Below, in pieces: positions 49,946-60,642 of a stretch of DNA of 64,000 nt; the first letter of the stretch is position 1, and each line of letters opens with the position of its first letter. The translations under genes were made by a program, and so were the position numbers. The notes under the pieces were generated by a model. That model saw only the letters and a program-made list of their open reading frames with translations, searched no databases and was not told where the DNA came from. The DNA comes from Rhynchopus sp. YZ270_cl-10 (lineage: Eukaryota): NCBI GenBank assembly GCA_964035575.1, contig OZ037843.1:744001-808000 (forward strand), in the 5' to 3' direction.

Positions 49946-51046
49946 TATTAAAGATGAGGTTAATGAAGAAAGTGGTAATAACTATGCATTGCCGTGAAAT
50001 AAGGTAGCCTTTTTTTCACGCCACAGCGGATTTCCTGCTGCACTAATGGTTCCCAAGCGAAGCGAGGGGGCCATGTATAAGTATTTACCGAGCGAAGCGA
50101 GGTGAATATTATGTGCAGCAGGTAACGAGCACGCCTGCAGAAGTTAAAAAACGGCTGCCTTATGACAAGCAATATGTAAGTTTATTCCGATTACACAAAG
50201 TAGGGGTAGTCTGCAAGCACCAGCCAAAAAAGAGTGAGATCGGTGATCAGGGAAAACAAACACCACCACACAACAACTTGACAACCACTAAAGGAATGAA
50301 TCTACACTAGTGCCTGACAGTTAAACATATTTACATACCTTGTCTTCATCGTAACCTGCGCCTTCGCTGCTGTCAAGGTGCCTTCTCTGGGTACAGTGCC
50401 CAGTGTCCAGTACAGAAAAAAAAATTCGTCTAAAAAATCGAGTACGCAAAACCACATTTTAGACATTTTAGACCCCTACAGAGGCTCAAAAGTGCCAAAT
50501 TTTGCTTTTATGGCCTCAAATCGTAAAAATTAGCTACTACAGTACACGGGGTATGACCGTATTTTGGCTGAAATTTTGACTTGAAAATTTTTTTCAACAT
50601 TTGCCCAATCTGAGGTTTTCTTTGGATTTTTTGGGCCATTTTATGACCTACCACGGCCAGTTTTGGGCAAAAAAGTTATTTTTTCTTTGGTCAAAAATCG
50701 CCTTGTCTAACCACTGTTTAGTGTAGGATTGTTCAAATACGTGTATTTGGTGAAACCCCAGATGGTCAAAACACCCGAATTTTGCGTTTTTTTGCATTTT
50801 TCGGTGCCCCAAGACCCAACCCAGAGGCCAAATTTTTCCCGAAAAAAAAAATTTTTTTTTTTGAGATTTTTCGATTTTTTGCTAAGGTGATGCCCATACA
50901 AAATGTACAGGGTGCACACTAATAGCCGTGGAATAAATTCTAGATGCTCTAAACTGCTCGTAAGTGCCTTTATTTGCACTTTTAGCCCAGTTTTGAGGTC
51001 ATATGGACCCACCAAGGGCATTTTTGTGTTGTCAAAAAAAAAAAAA

Positions 51047-51232
51047 AACCTGGTCACAGTGGCCAAATACCTGGTCACTGACCAGGTACACCTGGTCATG
51101 ACCAGGTATACCTGGTCAATACCTGGTCATTGACCAGGTATACCTGGTCATGACCAGGTGTACCTGGTCAATCTGACCAGGTCAAAACCTGGTCATATTA
51201 CCTGGTCAACTGACCAGGTATCCTCTGACCAG
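51047..51232. repeat. ACCTGGTCA/TGACCAGGT palindromic motif array
   Basis: More than a dozen copies in alternating orientation. Confidence 0.85.
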
Positions 51233-52994
51233 CGCACGGTGTGAGCAAAAATTTTAACAAAATACTGCCCGTTGGCACATTTAAACGCACATTTTGTTGA
51301 AAATTGTCATTTTACACTGGATTTGCCTTTGCCATTTTCAGTTTTTTTGCAGATTTTTTTCAAAAAAAAAATTGAAAAAAAAAGCCTCAAAAGTGCCTGA
51401 AACCCGGCGGAAAGTGATTTTTGGTGAGGAAAATAGGGTAGTTTCACCTATTTTTGGGTTTTTTTGCCGAAAGGCGCCAAATTTTCCGCGCCAAATGAAG
51501 GAATAGCCGGTGCATAGGCCCCCCTACTTTCTGCTATTTTTCTGCTATTCTGGGCATCTGGATTTTTTGGTGCGGCTGAAGGGGGGTGCTATTTTGTGCT
51601 ATTTTGGGGTCGTCGGCCACACCAATTTATTTTTCCATATTTTTTGCATCCAGACTTAGGTTGAAGGAAGGTTAGAAAAGGCAAAGAAGAGATACCGTTT
51701 TTGTGTGGCTCAAGACACTCCTTTCCACGGTAACGAATACAACCCCAGGTGACGAATCAGAGGCTTCGGTTCATCTTATCAACTTTTCTTTTATTTTCAG
51801 CACAGTCACAACCATATTTTTTAGTGTGCTTTTCTCCGACTGCTAAGTAATCGGAAAATTTTTCGACCGTAAAAAAAGGCCGAACATAAAAATCCTGAAA
51901 AGGCCGAACATATTTACGCGGTCGTCAATCATTCCGATTCCGGTATTCTAAAACCCTTTTGTGTTTGCTTCTGTCATTAACATAGGTTGCGGGGCTAGAG
52001 TCTATAGAGAGAGAGCAAGTCTCAGTACTCCATCAAAGGGACTTTTAAAAAAATAATACGAAGCATGGCAAAGAGAAAATATAATTGACAAAAACATGGT
52101 AAGAAGATTGGTATGGCTGAAAGGCGGTGCTATTTTTGTGCTATTTTGGGGGTCGTCGGCCACACCAAAGATCTTACCTCAGTTATGGGAAAAAAAAAAA
52201 ACCCCTGATTTTTTTTACGAAGTAATATCTCAGTTTTTTTTATTTCGGGGAAATTAAGATCTTTGATGAGATCTTAGTTTTTGGGTGATGTATTTTTTTT
52301 TTTTTCCCGCTCACCAAGGTTCGCAAACCAAAGTCTGCAAATCCAAATCCAGTCAAGCGCCCGGATTATTGCTCTATGTTTCCTTTTCCCCCTCCCTCCT
52401 CTCCTCTCTCTCTCTCTCTCGCTCTGTCTTTTCTTTCTGCCCTGTACCCTACTTTTTGCAAAAAAACACGGGTCAGGAAAGATCTTTTGTCTTTTTTTGT
52501 CTTTTTTCGAGAGGAAAAAAAAAAAAAAAAGATTTTCAGGATTTTTGTCTTTTTTTTTCAGGATTTCAAAAGATCTTTGAGATCTTTTGAAAATCCTGAA
52601 AAAAAAAAAAAAAGAGAAAAGATTTTTTTTTTTTTTTTTTAGGATTTCAAAAGATCTCAAAGATCTTTTGAAAATCCTGGGGGAAAAAAAAAAAAAAGGG
52701 AGAAGAATTTGTAAAATCCTGAAAAATCGTGAAAGATCTTTGAGATCTTTGGGGTTCGTAGGGAAAAAATGTGCCCAAACACAGAGGTGGAAATTGATTT
52801 TCGGCAGAAACTTACCCTCAGCGGCAACCCACGATGTGGCAGCCATATTTTTGTGATCAGCCAGCTTCGTTCCCGCACCTTAATACAGTTGTGCGGAGTT
52901 CATAAAATGCCACTCGTTGATGAGAGTTTCAATGGGGGAAATGATGAGGGAGGGTGGGGGGGGGGGGGGGGTGGAAGAGAGAGATGATCAGCTC

Positions 52995-55033
52995 TCAGCA
53001 GTCATTTTCTGCAGCATACACCATCGGATCATCGGACTCTATTCACATCTTGATTCGTGCTCAGGGTAAACACTTTTTCTTGAGTACAACGGTTCGCAGG
53101 AAGCGCACGACTCATCGCGCTATCGGGTTGAGTAGATGCGGGGGTAACACTCAGGAGATCCAGTGCCAGCTCTGCGAACTGCTTGTTCGGGTGCAGTCGG
53201 TAGAACTGTCGCGATATCCGGGGAGGACGCCAATGCTCTTGCCACATACTCCTCCCACATGCTGTCTGTCACCTCGTCAAACAGAGGTACAGAGGCCTTC
53301 ATGGAGACGAGACCGACACCTCTGCCCAATCTCGTCAGGATGCAACAGCCGCAAGGAGTCAGCATTCGCAGTGCAAGGTAAAAATACCTACCCACGTCCG
53401 GCGTTTCTTCCCACAGGCGCACGAGTTCGTCTTTGATGACGGCTAATCCTAATCATCCTCCGCGAGAGAATCATCCGCAGCCATGTCACGGTAGACCTGC
53501 AACAAGTTCGTCATGTCACCATACACGGTCGACGCGAACAAGTTGCCTTCGCCCTTCTGAGCCCTTCACATTTGTCCCCGACTGCTTCACTTCGCTCGCA
53601 GTAAAAACAAAAAGGGCTTTAACCCTTTCCGAGAAGTGCTCATAGACGAGGAGATGCGAAATAAAACGCGTACATGTTCCCCTTGCTGTGCCACCGCCTG
53701 CTCAACTATCACATCTAAAGCCAAAAAGAGTTCTTCTAACGTTTCGGCGGCGCTGAGGATAATGATCTGGGAGGAGTGCACAAGTTCCCCAAACATTTGT
53801 TTGTACATCCCCCTTGCTGTGCCACCGCCCGCTCAACTATCATGCTGCGTTTTTTCTTGAACTGCTAGCCATCTCGACTGACGTGTGGAAGTCGCTAACA
53901 CATAGTTGAGAGAGAACGCAAGTTTGTAAACCATATTCGACGCGGATTTGAGGTGCTTCTGGAGGGCTGTGACAACGTTGGACAGAGCATGCGGGAGACA
54001 GCTGAGAAATCGAATATTCCATTCAAACGCCAAATCTCTACTTGCACCTCCATCACCCCCCCCTCTGTCACTGCGCAGAAGGAACGGTGTCCCCAAGCCG
54101 AGCTTTGTCAGTATAGTATCAATCTCGACCTTCAGGCTTGCCGCATCCCAGGTAGTACCTTTCTCCTTCAGAACGGGGGGTAAACAGTAGCTTTTAGTAC
54201 GATTCTGCACAATGTTCACCAGGGAGTGCAGCCCCTGGTTCGACTTGCCGCAGTCGTGGATCAACACAAATCGAAAATTACCCATGCCTCGCTTTATCCC
54301 TTCCACGTGTGCACTGAAAATTTTTTCCCCGTACTGACGCCATCCCTCTTGTACGTCTACACCCTTTTCGGGAATGACGCACCCGGCAAGCATTTGGGTG
54401 AAGCGAGTGACTGAACGGAAAGGGATGCCGAGCATAGCAGCTGCTTCTGTGGCCTGTAGAACAAAAGTATTGCGTGTGTTATGCAGACATTTCATAACAT
54501 CCTGATTCCGCGATCTGTTGTGCGTTCTCTTCTTCTTCGACTCGTTGTGCGAGGGTGTGTCACAGTGCTTTTTGACAGGAGAGCCCCCAACCCTCCATCT
54601 TGGCCCATGACTGCATGGCGTCAGAGAGTGTGATCAGGGGTAACGTCGTCGTCACACCGTTGCTCTCTGTCTCCAAGGAAGACACCAGATTCTGACGGCG
54701 GACGTGCTCAGCGGCTGCTGTGTCAGGGGGAGTGTTGTAGCTGGCTGCATCATATCATACTTGGCCATCTCTATTGAGAGAGCTTTGGCTTTGGGGATCT
54801 TTTTATTAGTTTGTTGTGAAACCGTATAAAGACCCCTGCTTATTGCCAGCTCTACACATTCGCTGTAACTCATTTTGGGGCGGTAGTAGCAGCTCCCGTC
54901 GCGTCACCACAGCCGGATCTTCAGGAGTTTCAGCAGGAGTTTCAGCAGGAGTTTCAGCAGGAGTTTCAGCAGCACCTGATGCATCTACACATGAGACAAT
55001 GAGGAAGAACAGGTATATGAATATGTCTTCATA
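52995..55033 (-). pseudogene. hAT-like transposase copy A, multiply deleted
   Basis: Near-identical to copy D in retained blocks but with many short deletions, including loss of the Zn finger and Q/T repeats, and frameshifts. Confidence 0.88.
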
Positions 55034-55493
55034 TGGCCCTGCAGTACTTTGTTTTTGTAATGGGGGGTGTGAATTCCAAAGTCAGACAGGTTGGGGCGGG
55101 TTTTTTTTTGTTGGACTATTGTGTATATTGATTACGAATATTAACCACAAAAAACTACTTCTGCAAACAACGGACTAAGGTGCAAAAAAAAAAAAAAAAA
55201 AAAAACATAAAGAGAGAGAGAAAAACACTACTTCTGCAAACTAACGGACTGCATTAAAGTGCGGGAACGAAGCTGATCACAAAAATATGAGGGTAAATTT
55301 CAGCACCTTAGTCGTTGGTTTGCAGAAGTAGTTTTTTGAGGTTAATTCGTAATCATGTACACGATAAAAATGTCCAAAAAAAAAAAAATCCCACCCCCAC
55401 CCCTACCTTTTGTCTGACTTTGGAATTCGCACCCTCCCCCCCATTACAAAAACACATTACTGCAGGGCCGTATTGACGTAAAAAGACTTTAAC

Positions 55494-57911
55494 ATGGAAG
55501 ACATATTCATATACCTGTTTTTCTTCCTCATTCAAATATCATGTGTAGATGCATCATGTGGGCAAGGAGGAGAATGGAACCCCCCCCCGAATGACAGGTC
55601 CCCGCCGTCACCCGCTTTCCAGGAGGGGTGGAGTCTCAACCGCTCTCCCAACATTAATGAACGCAAGCGCAAACGTTCAAGGGAGTGCAGCTCCGGGAGG
55701 TCGGCCAGCAGGGCGAGGGGGGGGTCGAGGAGGAGGACAGCTTCCCCCATTACATCGCCTGCAGCCGCCGCCCCACCCCCTCCCACGGTCATCGACGCTG
55801 ATGAGACTCCTGGTGAGACTCCTGACGCGTCTGCCGACCCTCCTGCCGAAACTCCTGCCGAAACTCCTGCCGAAGCGACTGATGAAACGCCTGCCGAAGC
55901 GACTGATGAAACGCCTGAAGAAGAAGATCCGGCTGTGGTGACGCGACGGGAGGTGCTGAGTGCCCGCTACTACCGCCCCAAAATGAGTTACAGCGAATGT
56001 GTAGAGCTGGCAATAAGCAGGGGTCTTTATACGGTTTCACAACAAACTAATAAAAAGATCCCCAAAGCCAAAGCTCTCTCAATAGAGATGGCCAAGTATG
56101 ATATGATGCAGCCAGCTACAACACTCCCCCTGCCGCCACAGCTGCATACAATGCTGCATTTTCAGACACAGCAGCCGACACAGACACAGCAGCAGACACA
56201 GCAGCAGACACAGCAGCAGACACAGCAGCCGACACAACAGCAGACACAGCAGACGCTGAGCACGTCCGCCGTCAGAGATCTGGTGTCTTCCCTGGAGACA
56301 GAGAGCAACGGTGTGATGGCGACGTTTCCCCTGATCACACTCTCTGACGCCATGCAGTCATGGGCCAAGATGGAGGGTTGGGGGCTCTCCTTGCAGATGC
56401 GGAAGGACTGCGTGGGGTACAGGTTGCCGAGGGGAAGGGAATACGCGATGACACAGCTGCTCCTAGTGTGTCGCTCATGTAACATTTGCTTTCCAACCAC
56501 AGCGTCAAGAGGGGATGTCAAAAAGCACTGTGACACACCCTCGCACAACGAGTCGAAGAAGAAGAAAAAGCACAACAGATCGCGGAATCAGGATGTTATG
56601 AAATGTCTGCATAACACACGCGACACTTTTGTTCTACAGGCCACAGAAGCAGCTGCTATGCTCGGCATCCCTTTCCGTTCAGTCACTCGCTTCACCCAAA
56701 TGCTTGCCGGGTGCGTCATTCCCGAAAAGGGTGTAGACGTACAAGAGGGATGGCGTCAGTACGGGGAAAAAATTTTCAGTGCACACGTGGAAGGGATAAA
56801 GCGAGGCATGGGTAATTTTCGATTTGTGTTGATCCACGACTGCGGCAAGTCGAACCAGGGGCTGCACTCCCTGGTGAACATTGTGCAGAATCGTACTAAA
56901 AGCTACTGTTTACCCCCCGTTCTGAAGGAGAAAGGTACTACCTGGGATGCGGCAAGCCTGAAGGTCGAGATTGATACTATACTGACAAAGCTCGGCTTGG
57001 GGACACCGTTCCTTCTGCGCAGTGACAGAGGGGGGGGTGATGGAGGTGCAAGTAGAGATTTGGCGTTTGAATGGAATATTCGATTTCTCAGCTGTCTCCC
57101 GCATGCTCTGTCCAACGTTGTCACAGCCCTCCAGAAGCACCTCAAATCCGCGTCGAATATGGTTTACAAACTTGCGTTCTCTCTCAACTATGTGTTAGCG
57201 ACTTCCACACGTCAGTCGAGATGGCTAGCAGTTCAAGAAAAAACGCAGCATGATAGTTGAGCGGGCGGTGGCACAGCAAGGGGGATGTACAAACAAATGT
57301 TTGGGGAACTTGTGCACTCCTCCCAGATCATTATCCTCAGCGCCGCCGAAACGTTAGAAGAACTCTTTTTGGCTTTAGATGTGATAGTTGAGCAGGCGGT
57401 GGCACAGCAAGGGGAACATGTACGCGTTTTATTTCGCATCTCCTCGTCTATGAGCACTTCTCGGAAAGGGTTAAAGCCCTTTTTGTTTTTACTGCGAGCG
57501 AAGTGAAGCAGTCGGGGACAAATGTGAAGGGCTCAGAAGGGCGAAGGCAACTTGTTCGCGTCGACCGTGTATGGTGACATGACGAACTTGTTGCAGGTCT
57601 ACCGTGACATGGCTGCGGATGATTCTCTCGCGGAGGATGATTAGGATTAGCCGTCATCAAAGACGAACTCGTGCGCCTGTGGGAAGAAACGCCGGACGTG
57701 GGTAGGTATTTTTACCTTGCACTGCGAATGCTGACTCCTTGCGGCTGTTGCATCCTGACGAGATTGGGCAGAGGTGTCGGTCTCGTCTCCATGAAGGCCT
57801 CTGTACCTCTGTTTGACGAGGTGACAGACAGCATGTGGGAGGAGTATGTGGCAAGAGCATTGGCGTCCTCCCCGGATATCGCGACAGTTCTACCGACTGC
57901 ACCCGAACAAG
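55494..57911 (+). pseudogene. hAT-like transposase copy B: intact 5' part (588-aa ORF), deleted 3' part
   Basis: Same protein sequence as D up to ...QEKTQHD, then it switches to the deleted allele seen in A. Stop at 57260. Confidence 0.88.
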
Positions 57912-59339
57912 CTTTCCGTTCAGTCACTCGCTTCACCCAAATGCTTGCCGGGTGCGTCATTCCCGAAAAGGGTGTAGACGTACAAGAGGGATGGCGTCAG
58001 TACGGGGAAAAAATTTTCAGTGCACACGTGGAAGGGATAAAGCGAGGCATGGGTAATTTTCGATTTGTGTTGATCCACGACTGCGGCAAGTCGAACCAGG
58101 GGCTGCACTCCCTGGTGAACATTGTGCAGAATCGTACTAAAAGCTACTGTTTACCCCCCGTTCTGAAGGAGAAAGGTACTACCTGGGATGCGGCAAGCCT
58201 GAAGGTCGAGATTGATACTATACTGACAAAGCTCGGCTTGGGGACACCGTTCCTTCTGCGCAGTGACAGAGGGGGGGGTGATGGAGGTGCAAGTAGAGAT
58301 TTGGCGTTTGAATGGAATATTCGATTTCTCAGCTGTCTCCCGCATGCTCTGTCCAACGTTGTCACAGCCCTCCAGAAGCACCTCAAATCCGCGTCGAATA
58401 TGGTTTACAAACTTGCGTTCTCTCTCAACTATGTGTTAGCGACTTCCACACGTCAGTCGAGATGGCTAGCAGTTCAAGAAAAAACGCAGCATGATAGTTG
58501 AGCGGGCGGTGGCACAGCAAGGGGGATGTACAAACAAATGTTTGGGGAACTTGTGCACTCCTCCCAGATCATTATCCTCAGCGCCGCCGAAACGTTAGAA
58601 GAACTCTTTTTGGCTTTAGATGTGATAGTTGAGCAGGCGGTGGCACAGCAAGGGGAACATGTACGCGTTTTATTTCGCATCTCCTCGTCTATGAGCACTT
58701 CTCGGAAAGGGTTAAAGCCCTTTTTGTTTTTACTGCGAGCGAAGTGAAGCAGTCGGGGACAAATGTGAAGGGCTCAGAAGGGCGAAGGCAACTTGTTCGC
58801 GTCGACCGTGTATGGTGACATGACGAACTTGTTGCAGGTCTACCGTGACATGGCTGCGGATGATTCTCTCGCGGAGGATGATTAGGATTAGCCGTCATCA
58901 AAGACGAACTCGTGCGCCTGTGGGAAGAAACGCCGGACGTGGGTAGGTATTTTTACCTTGCACTGCGAATGCTGACTCCTTGCGGCTGTTGCATCCTGAC
59001 GAGATTGGGCAGAGGTGTCGGTCTCGTCTCCATGAAGGCCTCTGTACCTCTGTTTGACGAGGTGACAGACAGCATGTGGGAGGAGTATGTGGCAAGAGCA
59101 TTGGCGTCCTCCCCGGATATCGCGACAGTTCTACCGACTGCACCCGAACAAGCAGTTCGCAGAGCTGGCACTGGATCTCCTGAGTGTTACCCCCGCATCT
59201 ACTCAACCCGATAGCGCGATGAGTCGTGCGCTTCCTGCGAACCGTTGTACTCAAGAAAAAGTGTTTACCCTGAGCACGAATCAAGATGTGAATAGAGTCC
59301 GATGATCCGATGGTGTATGCTGCAGAAAATGACTGCTGA
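57912..59339 (+). pseudogene. hAT-like transposase copy C (1241-bp tandem duplication of B's 3' part, continuing to the stop)
   Basis: ORF-track peptides recur with a 1241-bp offset (57671/58912, 57071/58312). Junction CCGAACAAGC|TTTCCGTTCAG. Confidence 0.88.
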
Positions 59340-59980
59340 GAGCTGATCATCTCTCTCTTCCACCCCCCCCCCCCCCCCACCCTCCCTCATCATTTCCCCC
59401 ATTGAAACTCTCATCAACGAGTGGCATTTTATGAACTCCGCACAACTGTATTAAGGTGCGGGAACGAAGCTGGCTGATCACAAAAATATGGCTGCCACAT
59501 CGTGGGTTGCCGCTGAGGGTAAGTTTCTGCCGAAAATCAATTTCCACCTCTGTGTTTGGGCACATTTTTTCCCTACGAACCCCAAAGATCTCAAAGATCT
59601 TTCACGATTTTTCAGGATTTTACAAATTCTTCTCCCTTTTTTTTTTTTTTCCCCCAGGATTTTCAAAAGATCTTTGAGATCTTTTGAAATCCTAAAAAAA
59701 AAAAAAAAAAATCTTTTCTCTTTTTTTTTTTTTTTCAGGATTTTCAAAAGATCTCAAAGATCTTTTGAAATCCTGAAAAAAAAAGACAAAAATCCTGAAA
59801 ATCTTTTTTTTTTTTTTTTCCTCTCGAAAAAAGACAAAAAAAGACAAAAGATCTTTCCTGACCCGTGAAAAAAGATAAAAAAAAAAAAAAAAAGATAAAA
59901 AAGATTTTGAAAAACCCTAAAAATCCTGAAAAATCCCAGGAAATTTTTTAAAAGATCTCAAAGATCTTTGAGATCTTAGG

Positions 59981-60015
<35 letters not shown>

Positions 60016-60642
60016 ACCCCCCCTGTATAATTTTTTTTCCACAACTACTCAAAACATGAAATCTGTTGCTTCATTGGACTCATCGGGCATTTTTGTGATC
60101 TGGACATGGGGGTCAGACTCCACTTTCGAGCAACTAAAATAGCGTCAAAAAAATTGGAGTCTAAATTTGGAGGGTCTATTTTCAGCAGAAATTTTCGGCA
60201 GAAATTTGCCCTCAGAGGCAACCCCAGAGAAAATATCCAAAAAAGAAATGGACTTGTACGGACGATCGGAGGAACTCCGTGCTCGGCCCTGAGCAGACGG
60301 ACAAGAGGACAGCCGTGCGGCAGCACAAAGAGAGTTATGGTGATTGGGAGTTAAAAAAAGGAGGGGTAGTTTCTTTTTAATGAATTGTTGCTTTTTGTTT
60401 ATCGGTGTCTGGTGGGGGTGGGTGGGTGGGGGTGGGGCAGAGAAGATTAACATCACATTCTTCAAGAACAAGACTGATCTACACATCACTCGTCTTTCTG
60501 ATACCACACTACTCAACACACATAACATCAGTTTGTGCGGAGTTCATAAAATGCCACTCGTTGATGAGAGTTTCAATGGGGGAAATGATGAGGGAGGGTG
60601 GGGGGGGGGGGGGGGGGGGTGGAAGAGAGAGATGATCAGCTC

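Larger units (their letters stand above)
52467..59867. mobile_element. 7.4-kb foldback/composite hAT derivative with about 1.9-kb inverted arms
   Basis: Ends CACGGGTCAGGAAAGATCTT...AAGATCTTTCCTGACCCGTG. Arms pair as p <-> 112334-p. AAAGATCT/AAATCCTG subterminal repeats are present. AAAAAA lies on both outer flanks. Confidence 0.65.

Noticed and set aside
57260..57660. Stop-codon reassignment or programmed frameshifting in transposase B/C
   Set aside because: Comparison with intact copy D explains the stops as deletion and insertion lesions, and the host genes read normally in the standard code.
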